Shown: positions 26,501-32,000 of the stretch, one piece after another
Layout: each line of letters begins with the position of its first letter
Numbering within the stretch: position 1 is the stretch's first letter
From: Pseudidiomarina andamanensis
GTDB taxonomy: Bacteria; Pseudomonadota; Gammaproteobacteria; Enterobacterales; Alteromonadaceae
Assembly: GCF_009734345.1 (NCBI RefSeq)
Contig: NZ_CP032551.1
Location: 1,620,001 to 1,652,000, forward strand
Direction of reading: 5' to 3'
Length of the DNA: 32,000 nt
The notes under the pieces: model-generated
Seen by the model: only the letters and a program-made list of their open reading frames with translations
Databases searched by the model: none
What the model was told of the DNA's origin: nothing
Program-made: the position numbers and the translations under genes

Positions 26501-27472
26501 CACGGATAACTCAACCATGGTAGCTGAGCTACCTTGCTGAACAAATGTCTCACTGGTACCGGACATTGCGTTGTAGGCTGAGAAATATAAATCTGAGCCA
26601 ATTAAACTCAGACTGTGGGGGCTAGAGCTCCCTGACCCCGAAAAGATATCATTTAAATTGGCTGAATTATTATTAGTTAAGTTAATGATCAGTAACTCAT
26701 TACCATAGGAAGGATACTGAGAAGCCATATAAATGAAGTTGTTGTTCGCAACTAACTCCCCGAAACTATTCGCAGACTCAGCATTAAATACGAGGCTGAT
26801 TGGAACCTCTTCAGAAGTCTCAGGGTTGAATTGCGATAATTTCGGTGTTCCATTGAGGTAGTACTGAATAAATAGACTCGTATCGTTTTTAGCTAAGCGA
26901 ACAATACTAACGCCGACAGAATCAACACTAAATTCATAGATTAACTGTGTCGCACCACTGGCGGGATCAAATTCATATAACCCCTGACCATTTTGGTTTG
27001 AATTATAAGCGCCAAAATATATTTTTCCTTTAAATTCAAAAGGCTGAGTTTGAACCCCATAAGGTAAGCTGGAGGCAAGGATAATTTCGTCACTTACTGA
27101 GTCATAGTAATACATCTGATAGGTGGAACCAGATCCAGTATATGAAATTCCTCTGAAGTAAATTCGATCACCGAGTGCAATGAGAAAATCCGGCTGCAAG
27201 GAACAGTTTCTCGGACAATGGTCCATCACCATTCGCCGTGAATCCGTTGCAGGATCGTATTCCCATAGTTCATAACCGTAATACTGATGATACCCACGGT
27301 AATAAATTTTACCGTTTAGCTCAGTCATGTAATAAGGGCTCTGACCAACAAGGGTCGTGCTGGAGTTTAAGTCAGCAACTACCTCGACTTTTGCTGCAAA
27401 TGAAGCAGCTGGGAATAATACAAACAGGAACAAGAATGCGGCTGCGAGGCGCATTGAGGTTGCAAATTTCAT
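20492..27472 (-). CDS. giant exported multi-repeat adhesin-like protein (2326 aa)
   Basis: AAGGA SD, then signal peptide MKFATSMRLAAAFLFLFVLFPAASFAAKV. About 16 propeller-type repeats follow, then 8 Ig/cadherin-like (NVNDAP...) repeats. After these come cadherin-like ANDTD/ANDID domains, a HYR-like segment, a PKD-like segment, the calcium-binding motif DTDADGDGLPD, and a C-terminal hydrophobic-basic tail. Confidence 0.9.
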   Translation of the reverse strand: MKFATSMRLAAAFLFLFVLFPAASFAAKVEVVADLNSSTTLVGQSPYYMTELNGKIYYRGYHQYYGYELWEYDPATDSRRMVMDHCPRNCSLQPDFLIALGDRIYFRGISYTGSGSTYQMYYYDSVSDEIILASSLPYGVQTQPFEFKGKIYFGAYNSNQNGQGLYEFDPASGATQLIYEFSVDSVGVSIVRLAKNDTSLFIQYYLNGTPKLSQFNPETSEEVPISLVFNAESANSFGELVANNNFIYMASQYPSYGNELLIINLTNNNSANLNDIFSGSGSSSPHSLSLIGSDLYFSAYNAMSGTSETFVQQGSSATMVELSVASTNPNPYHYNSYNGSVYYRAYSNEHGYELHRINPSNLTSSLAADIYPGTVSGSPDSFIVVGDVLYMRAGTQELPQHDLVRFDVATNTVQTVGGTVSVSNSSVTNALHKMNGELYFFASTDEFGIELFRYNPETKVLTSPNQEIVVGTNAFNYSTTMVELNGELIFAAGSADIGGSKLFAYNPTTNDIREYLALPDNGGLSAARNLVESNGKIYFLGTVDPANPSWYQAVYDPATDSLAKVNDVYGGIDLTSQFEELLSFNGDLYFRVYSSTYGWELFRINHTTNAIELAADIFAGGSSSNPRFFVEGTDGNLYFSAYNGASNWQLFQYNPNTESTVAVTPATNFQVSSYIAPVSDGILMHAYTAETGYEFFKYEFASDSVSLIADLSPGALTTSYGMMTATDTQVYIYAYVRSSNSSWQEDIYSYSFETGEITQLTSAEDGDYIGNYSTSLAVGETYFFTANLPEFGREVYYLNLNDAPVITGTPSTSVLQGSTYSFTPTVTDAENDALTFSIVNKPVWASFSTTTGELSGTPQQAHVGVTENIVITVADADNQVSLPAFNLEVVNVNDAPTISGSPATTVLQDALYSFTPTANDIDGDSLTYAVLNAPTWASFDTNTGTLSGTPTNADVGVHSNIQISVSDGGLSDTLTAFSITVENVNDAPTINGAPATSVDQDSLYSFTPAALDIDGDSLSFSITNKPAWASFNTLTGALAGTPGNSDVGVHSNVQISVSDGQLGSALAAFSITVVNVNDAPTIIGTPVTSVNEDTPYSFTPSASDVDVGDSLIFSIANKPVWATFNPTTGTLAGVPTNDHVGTASGVTISVSDGTLSASLAPFSITVVNVNDAPTISGTPSTSVNEDSVYSFTPAVADVDSTSFTYSISGMPAWASFSAVTGTLTGTPTNDHVGTSAAITISVSDGELSASLPSFTITVVNVNDAPTISGSPATTVAQDAAYSFTPTVNDIDSNSFTYSIVNKPVWATFSTSTGTLSGTPTQDHLGSTAGLTITVSDGELSASLPAFSIEVTNVNDAPVISGTPATTVAQDAAYSFTPTASDVDGDSLSFSITGTPTWASFNSSTGALTGTPTNDDVGVHSNIVITVSDGTLTADLPAFAIEVTNVNDVPTITGTPASFAEVDEAYSFTPTVEDIDNDVLTFSAENLPTWLTIDTATGTLSGTPAMEDIAVWVDISLSVNDGTVSVSLPMFTIEVTYSQEPPVANDDTFSLPRNNDGVYLLDVLANDTDINEDSLTLVEASASVGSVSIASNQVQLTIDAQYTGKVSVNYSVDDGMGGRDSATAEVTITGSGAINLVVPDDLVVPATGALTRVELGEASATDANGQPLPVSLVEQRAPVFAPGVHEVMWQATNADGERTVLGQRIEVVPMVSLARNVTTAAGASVNLSVMLNGLAPSYPFVINYTIDGVASSLELEQGTQGTISVTAPAAGNTIVVALADSMNLGEVAEVSVTSSAANMAPQVSVAYSQDGQKRTTVLRSGGLIELVATATDANAGDTLTYNWQSPVAGGATDGGTRYVIDPLLIAANTAATVRVTVTDAAGLRGYASVILNAVDAHPTLGSDTDADGDGLPDMYDGTNDDLGQGMPNYLNPSRSCQLIAARSAQAGNIHFAQGSMSACLRLGELGMRQFNTHISVSEDLDVDTNHTRMGSAFDFEIFDLSELGGTSRIVLPLSQPIPTNALYRKHIGGAWQDFVQDENNQIFSAAGEPGVCPALGSSQWQAGLTAGHWCVQLLLEDGGANDADGMANGVIVDPGALSVAATDNTTPEATADSVTVIWQGDAEIDVLANDIDADDDSLVITSAHADIGTVTVINDGAALHYDAPTNYAGTATVTYAIDDGRGGVATASVAVTILANRAPETTVDTVSTVVNKPVSVDVVANDIDADGDTLTVASAEITSSTGGTVAFEGGTVTVTPATGITGAVTVVYVVTDNRGATASGILRVQVNVPHEPAAPQSSSGQMTWWLLLMGLMGAALRRSVNLRRNNR
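22868..25078 (-). repeat. 8 tandem in-frame repeats of 276-279 bp (92-93 aa) encoding dystroglycan-type cadherin-like / He_PIG-type Ig domains
   Basis: The anchor 17-mer encoding NVNDAP (plus-strand GG[CT]GC[AG]TC[AG]TT.A.GTT) recurs ending at 25078, 24802, 24526, 24250, 23971, 23695, 23419 and 23143. The spacings are 276, 276, 276, 279, 276, 276 and 276. Units read NVNDAPTISGTPATSV.QD..YSFTP...D.DGDSL.FSI.NKPAWASF...TGTL.GTPTN.DVG.....I.VSDG.LS..L..F.I.V. Confidence 0.9.
25079..27390 (-). repeat. about 16 degenerate 45-55 aa repeats (G-x-[IL]-Y-[FY] ... G-x-E-L-[FW] ... [DN]-P), beta-propeller type, ELWxxDGT-repeat-like
   Basis: Examples: ELNGKIYYRGYHQYYGYELWEYDPATD, KMNGELYFFASTDEFGIELFRYNPETK, SFNGDLYFRVYSSTYGWELFRINHTTN, GTDGNLYFSAYNGASNWQLFQYNPNTE. 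The family name is from memory. Repeats are protein-level only. Confidence 0.6.
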
Positions 27473-27652
27473 GGCGAAATCCTTTGGTATTTACTCAAAC
27501 ATTTGTGTTTTCGGTGCCACGAAACAGCACGGTGCAGCCGTGCCGGAAGTTTAGATTAAATTTTGATCTTTACAATATATTTACGTTATTTCTAAAAATA
27601 AATTCATTTAAATTGCAAGTGAAATGGATTAATTTTTTGATTTTAATCAAAT

Positions 27653-28630
27653 TTATTTATCGGGTTGAAACCAGCTCAAAACAGCATCAAGCGCCGGTTG
27701 ACGGAAGCGATCAGACTCCATAAAGAGCTCATGCTTGGCGCCTTCAATACATTTGATTTGGCTTTGGTCGTTTTTTAGTTTGCTGAAGAATTTGCGTTGC
27801 GCTTGGTTATCGACCACTGTGTCGGCGCCGGACTGCAGCAACAGTATTGGCACGTCAATGCGGTCGGCTTGTTGATGAGCGGCATGCATGGCGGCAAAGG
27901 CCTGCGCAAGCCAATTGAAGGTAGGGCCCCCGAGTTGCACCTGCGGGTTTTCTTCATAGGCATCGCGAAACATTTGATAGCGCGCTTCGCTGTGGGTGAG
28001 CTCGTTTTCATCAAACGGCACGTGGATATAATCGGTCATACCAAAGAAGTACCACGGCTTACGCGGGCTAAACCAACGATTCAACAGAGCACCGCCAACC
28101 GCAATCGTTTTCGCCAGCCATTGTGGCGTGTCCCCAGTCAATACACCGAGCATCGGCGATGACAATACGGCTTTGCGAATGGTGTGTTTGTGTTGGGCTA
28201 AATACAACGCGCTAATTGCGCCACCCATTGAGTGGGCCAACAAATAGTGCGGAATACGCGGGTAGTAACGTGTCGCCTCTTGCACCACGGCATCGAGGTC
28301 ATCCACGAAATCTTGAAACTGGTCGATATGCCCGTGGTGCGGGTTATTGCTTAAACGGTCTGAGAAACCCTGCCCACGATGATCCACAATGGCAACAGCG
28401 TAGTTCGCTTGCGCTAAATGCCACACCAATTCTTGATATTTTAATGACGCTTCAATTCGGCCTGGGCAAATAATTATGAGCCCTTGCGGGTGCACCGGAC
28501 GATGCAAAAACCAATGCAGCACCACGCCGTCAGGACGTGTTAGGTTATTGACTTCAACGTGATCGTGCCAAAACGGCTGAATTTGCTGAGTGAAGAAACG
28601 GATCCACTGCGGGTCGTCATCCGTGTACAT
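27653..28630 (-). CDS. pldB: lysophospholipase L2 (alpha/beta hydrolase)
   Basis: 325 aa. LIIICPGRIEASLKYQELVWHL...VDHRGQGFSDRL...GHIDQFQDFVDDL...LLAHSMGGAI is colinear with E. coli PldB (VVVICPGRIESYVKYAELAYDL...IDHRGQGRSGRL...ILAHSMGGAI). Confidence 0.85.
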   Translation of the reverse strand: MYTDDDPQWIRFFTQQIQPFWHDHVEVNNLTRPDGVVLHWFLHRPVHPQGLIIICPGRIEASLKYQELVWHLAQANYAVAIVDHRGQGFSDRLSNNPHHGHIDQFQDFVDDLDAVVQEATRYYPRIPHYLLAHSMGGAISALYLAQHKHTIRKAVLSSPMLGVLTGDTPQWLAKTIAVGGALLNRWFSPRKPWYFFGMTDYIHVPFDENELTHSEARYQMFRDAYEENPQVQLGGPTFNWLAQAFAAMHAAHQQADRIDVPILLLQSGADTVVDNQAQRKFFSKLKNDQSQIKCIEGAKHELFMESDRFRQPALDAVLSWFQPDK

Positions 28631-30052
28631 TTAGTTAGACTCCTGCGGCTCCTGCGCTGATGCTTCGGTATCGGTTGGCTCATCTTCTGTGATGGTATCG
28701 ATTGGCACAATTGGCAAGTTCACCGATACTTCAAGACCACCTTCGGGGTGGTTTCGAGCCGTCACAGAGCCACCCAACACGTTTGCTGCTCTTAAGCTTA
28801 ATGCCATACCAAGGCCAACGCCAGCTTTATGATGACGCGAAGGGTCACCGCGGAAGAACGGTTCAAATAACTGGGCAAGTTGCGCTTCTGGTACGCCGTC
28901 ACCGTGATCTCGAACCAAAATAGTGAAATGTTTCTCGTCATGGCGCACGCAATCAAGCTCAATGATACCCGCAGTATACTGCAGGGCATTGCGCACAAGG
29001 TTTTCGATTACCAAACGTAGTAGCTCATCATCGGTCGCTGTTGTTGGCCAGTCGGCATCCAGCACTAAGACACGTTCGCCATATTTGGCATCGACATAAG
29101 CTAAGTCAGCCGCCAAAGTTTTCGCGAGATCATGTGTGTTTACCGGTTGCGGATCGAGTTTCACCAAGCCATTTTCCAGCCGCGACAACGATAAAATACG
29201 TTCAATAATGGTGCCGAGACGGTCAACATCACGACTCATTTGTGTGAGGTGCGGGTTGGCGTCTGGGTTTTCGTCATCTTGGCTAAGCATGAGCGCCACT
29301 TGCATGCGCGCTAAAGGTGAACGTAGCTCATGCGAGACGTCACTTAATAGGCGGCGTTGGGCATCACGGGATACTTTTAAGTCATGGGCCGCGGTTTCTA
29401 ATGCACGTGCCAATTCACCTAACTCGTCGGTGCGCCGTGGTAGGCGCTTCAGATGGAGTTTGTCGGCGCCAGCAGCAATTTCACGGGTGGCACTAATTAA
29501 GCGCTTCAACGGCAATACCAACCAAATACCAAGCAGCACGGCAATTAATAACGAACCGAACAATAACACCATGGTTTGCGCTTGTTCGGCGCGCCGTGAG
29601 TTAACTTGCTGGTCTACTCGTTCGTCTTCACTAAGCGGGCGAATCAACAAAATACGCTGAGTATTCAGCACAAATGGCCCAACTAACATGCCATTGGGTA
29701 AACGCAGTTGCTCGGGCTGATCAGCATCGAGTTGACGCAGCAGTTCACGACGATGCGTATTGGCTAAGTTCGGCTCAAGCTGTAGCCGGTTCGGCCCCTC
29801 TTCCGGCGTGACCGCAGCAGCGACTCGATAATTACCCGCCAACAATCGGCCCGGTGTTAGTGACGAGAAAGTGACTTGGTCGCTGAGTAACGGCGACAGT
29901 GTTTCTTGAACTTCTTGCGGAAGCGGTTTCGCTGTTTCCGGTTGGGCGTACCAAATCGCTAACAAGAAACCGCTGCTGGCCACTGCGAAAAGCAGCGCCC
30001 AGAACAGCAGTAACAGTCGAAGTGTTAGTGAGTGGTACCAGCGAATTTGCAT
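28631..30052 (-). CDS. cpxA: CpxA-like envelope-stress sensor histidine kinase
   Basis: 473 aa. N-terminal TM segment, periplasmic segment with LVGPFVLNTQRILLIRPLS (compare CpxA LVGPFSV...YLIRPAS), second TM, HAMP domain, H-box RRLLSDVSHELRSPLARMQ, and HATPase motifs NLVRNALQY, DHGDGV, GVGLGMAL. Orthology to CpxA is inferred from resemblance only. Confidence 0.75.
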   Translation of the reverse strand: MQIRWYHSLTLRLLLLFWALLFAVASSGFLLAIWYAQPETAKPLPQEVQETLSPLLSDQVTFSSLTPGRLLAGNYRVAAAVTPEEGPNRLQLEPNLANTHRRELLRQLDADQPEQLRLPNGMLVGPFVLNTQRILLIRPLSEDERVDQQVNSRRAEQAQTMVLLFGSLLIAVLLGIWLVLPLKRLISATREIAAGADKLHLKRLPRRTDELGELARALETAAHDLKVSRDAQRRLLSDVSHELRSPLARMQVALMLSQDDENPDANPHLTQMSRDVDRLGTIIERILSLSRLENGLVKLDPQPVNTHDLAKTLAADLAYVDAKYGERVLVLDADWPTTATDDELLRLVIENLVRNALQYTAGIIELDCVRHDEKHFTILVRDHGDGVPEAQLAQLFEPFFRGDPSRHHKAGVGLGMALSLRAANVLGGSVTARNHPEGGLEVSVNLPIVPIDTITEDEPTDTEASAQEPQESN

Positions 30053-30059
30053 GGCGGCC

Positions 30060-30737
30060 TCACGCTAAATGAAGTAAGCGATATCCTCGGCCACGCACGG
30101 TTTGAATGCGCTCTGGATTATGGTCAATTTTCTTACGAATATTACTGATGTGTACGTCGAGGCTACGATCAAATGGTGCTAATTGACGACCAAGTGCCGC
30201 TACTGATAATTGGTCTTTACTCACCACTTGGCCCTTGCCCTGCACCAGTGCGCGTAGAATATCGAATTCGGTTGGCGTGAGCTCTAATAACTGCTCGTCA
30301 CAACGCACTTCGTTTTGCAACGGATTTACATGGAAGCCGGCATATTCGAGTGGCTCTGGACGCACAGACGTGTTTGGCGTACGGCGCAATAATGCTTTGA
30401 CGCGCGCAACTAACTCGCGTGGGTTGAACGGTTTTGGCAAATAATCATCAGCGCCGAGCTCAAGACCTTGTACGCGATCTTCATCATCGCCACGTGCAGT
30501 TAACATCAGCACCGGGGTGCTGCGCAGCTGCTGGCGTAACCGCTGCAATAATTGGAAGCCATCGATACCTGGCAACATTACATCAAGTAGAATCAAATCA
30601 TAAGAACCGCTTAACGCGCGTTGCAAACCAATCTCACCGTCTGGGGCGAGCGTTAGCTGGTAGCCCTCTTTGGTAAGAATTTGTTCTAACATACTGCTTA
30701 ATTCTGCGTCATCATCTACAAGTAATAACTTAGTCAT
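30060..30737 (-). CDS. cpxR: CpxR-like OmpR-family response regulator
   Basis: 225 aa. MTKLLLVDDDAELSSMLEQIL...LILLDVMLPGIDG...MLTARGDDEDRVQGLELGADDYLPKPFNPRELVARVKALLRR...VRGRGYRL is colinear with E. coli CpxR. Confidence 0.8.
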   Translation of the reverse strand: MTKLLLVDDDAELSSMLEQILTKEGYQLTLAPDGEIGLQRALSGSYDLILLDVMLPGIDGFQLLQRLRQQLRSTPVLMLTARGDDEDRVQGLELGADDYLPKPFNPRELVARVKALLRRTPNTSVRPEPLEYAGFHVNPLQNEVRCDEQLLELTPTEFDILRALVQGKGQVVSKDQLSVAALGRQLAPFDRSLDVHISNIRKKIDHNPERIQTVRGRGYRLLHLA

Positions 30738-30767
30738 GGGGATGTCGTCCTGCGTGTCTGTCTACAG

Positions 30768-30796
30768 CTTATAATTGGTGTTCTTAATTATGTAAA
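30768..30796 (-). promoter_or_regulatory. candidate sigma70 promoter of the cpxR-like operon (TTTACA-N17-TATAAG on the minus strand)
   Basis: -35 is the reverse complement of 30791-30796. -10 is the reverse complement of 30768-30773. The spacer is 17 nt, and the -10 lies about 31 nt upstream of ATG 30737. Confidence 0.4.
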
Positions 30797-30820
30797 GATT
30801 CCACGCCACTTAATACCGTG

Positions 30821-30836
30821 TTTACGGAACTTTTAC
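30821..30836 (-). promoter_or_regulatory. CpxR-box-like direct repeat GTAAA-N6-GTAAA upstream of the cpxR-like promoter
   Basis: The minus strand reads GTAAAAGTTCCGTAAAC. As I recall it, the E. coli CpxR consensus is GTAAA-N5-GTAAA, so the spacing here is off by one. Confidence 0.3.
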
Positions 30837-30859
30837 TGATAAGAGAAGCACCTACGCTG

Positions 30860-32000
30860 CTATTTTATTTCGTTGAGTTTGCGGGCAACCGTGTTGCGCC
30901 CCCAACCCAGTATCTCAGCGGCTTTTTGTTTGTGCCCCTCTGAGTGTTCTAAGGCAACATCAAGCGCTAAGCGTTCAATAGTTGGAAGCAGGTTATCTAA
31001 GATGTGGATATCTCCTGCTTCGCATCGATTTTTTAATTCAGTGCGTAACAGTGTATACCATTGAGCGGAATTTTCCTGCGGCATTTTGCCACTTTCTGAA
31101 AAAAAATCTTCAGGTAAATCATGTACATCGATAGTTTGACCTGGCGCCATGACGGTCAACCAACGACAGGTGTTTTCTAATTGTCGGACGTTTCCCGGCC
31201 ATGGCGCTTGCTGCAATACTTGTTCGGCTGCGGGGGTTAAGCGTTTTGCTGAACCACCGAGCTCTTGTGCGGCGTTTTGCAAAAAATGTTGCGCCAATTG
31301 CGGAATATCTTCACGTCGTTCAGCCAAGCTTGGCAGTTGCAATCGAATCACATTCAGTCGGTGAAATAGGTCTTCACGAAACGCGCCTTCGCTTACCCGT
31401 TGCTCAAGGTTTTGATGGGTAGCAGCAATAATTCGCACATCCACTTTGACCGGCTGATACCCACCTACGGGATAGAACTGCCCTTCGGCCAATACCCTCA
31501 GTAAGCGCGTTTGTACCGCCAGTGGCATGTCACCAATTTCATCTAGGAATAACGTGCCGCCGTGCGCTTGTTCAAAGCGACCTTGGCGTTTTTGTGTGGC
31601 GCCTGTGAAAGCGCCTTTTTCGTGCCCGAATAATTCTGATTCAATCAGATCTGCGGGAATTGCCGCCATATTTAGGGCAATAAATGGTTTGTTGGCGCGC
31701 GGACTATGTTGATGCAAAGCGCGAGCAACCAACTCTTTACCGCTACCTGAGGCGCCGGTAATGAGCACGGTAACACTTGAGTGCGATAAGCGCCCAATGG
31801 CTCGAAAAACATCTTGCATGGCCGGCGCGTTACCGATGATTTCGCCTACGTCTGTTGTCGAATTTGCTTCATTGTTTTCGTCTTGGAACGCAGTTTCTCG
31901 CGTTAACGCTCGGCTCACGGTATGCACTACTTCATCTAAATCGAACGGCTTAGCGAGGTACTCAAAAGCCCCGCCTTGAAAGGCACTCACGGCAGAGTCA
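30860..32000 (-). CDS. glnG: nitrogen regulation protein NR(I), sigma54-dependent response regulator (C-terminal about 380 codons; receiver domain lies beyond the right edge)
   Basis: The reading frame is open to the window end. [44 protein letters not shown] (GAFTGA), [32 protein letters not shown] and the [24 protein letters not shown] are very close to E. coli NtrC throughout. Confidence 0.9.
   Translation of the reverse strand, partial: DSAVSAFQGGAFEYLAKPFDLDEVVHTVSRALTRETAFQDENNEANSTTDVGEIIGNAPAMQDVFRAIGRLSHSSVTVLITGASGSGKELVARALHQHSPRANKPFIALNMAAIPADLIESELFGHEKGAFTGATQKRQGRFEQAHGGTLFLDEIGDMPLAVQTRLLRVLAEGQFYPVGGYQPVKVDVRIIAATHQNLEQRVSEGAFREDLFHRLNVIRLQLPSLAERREDIPQLAQHFLQNAAQELGGSAKRLTPAAEQVLQQAPWPGNVRQLENTCRWLTVMAPGQTIDVHDLPEDFFSESGKMPQENSAQWYTLLRTELKNRCEAGDIHILDNLLPTIERLALDVALEHSEGHKQKAAEILGWGRNTVARKLNEIK

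Noticed and set aside
27512-27546. Hairpin GCACGG-TGCAG-CCGTGC in the pldB-adhesin intergenic region, as a riboswitch or regulatory RNA
   Set aside because: It is a simple 6-bp stem followed, on the minus strand, by TGTTTCG. It is most simply a weak pldB terminator or a 5'-UTR stem of the adhesin mRNA, and I recognise no conserved riboswitch architecture.
27238-27723. 161-aa + strand ORF spanning the adhesin start, the intergenic region and the pldB end
   Set aside because: It crosses two well-supported minus-strand genes and an AT-rich promoter region, and has no independent support.
1-32000. A search for CRISPR arrays, tRNA/rRNA genes, IS elements or prophage genes
   Set aside because: I saw no short regularly spaced direct repeats, no tRNA-like cloverleaf candidates in intergenic regions, no transposase or integrase ORFs and no phage structural genes. 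The only periodic repeats are the in-frame adhesin units.

Overview
This is a chromosomal window from a gammaproteobacterium (probably marine, Alteromonadales-like; that placement is inference from gene content). The backbone is roughly 50-60% G+C by my spot counts. It carries recognisable housekeeping genes: a GPP34-family gene running off the left edge, a LysR-type regulator, yicC, rph-pyrE, trmL-fieF, pldB, a CpxRA-like two-component pair, and ntrC/glnG running off the right edge. Two things stand out. (1) An AT-rich island of about 11 kb (about 2283-13394, roughly 35-37% G+C by spot counts) sits between the LysR gene and the yicC terminator. It has no integrase, transposase or tRNA. It holds a tightly overlapping dndB-dndC-dndD-dndE DNA phosphorothioation operon on the + strand, with no dndA. 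Convergent to it is a translationally coupled five-gene operon on the - strand: a TerB-like protein, a PLD(HKD)-nuclease/SF2 DEAH helicase fusion, a 61-66 aa micro-ORF, a DndD-like SMC/ABC ATPase with a mid-coiled-coil CxC motif, and a 151 aa protein. This is not DndFGH or SspE. It most resembles the PbeABCD-type PT-dependent module as I remember it, with an extra TerB-like lead gene, and it is the best candidate for an under-described defence system here. (2) A 2326 aa exported adhesin-like gene is a compositional mosaic. It has an AT-rich 5' third encoding about 16 beta-propeller-type repeats, then 8 tandem 276-279 bp Ig/cadherin-like repeats, then a C-terminal sorting-type tail that overlaps the end of fieF. 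No rRNA, tRNA, CRISPR array or transposon was seen. All domain calls come from motif recognition by eye; no searches were run.
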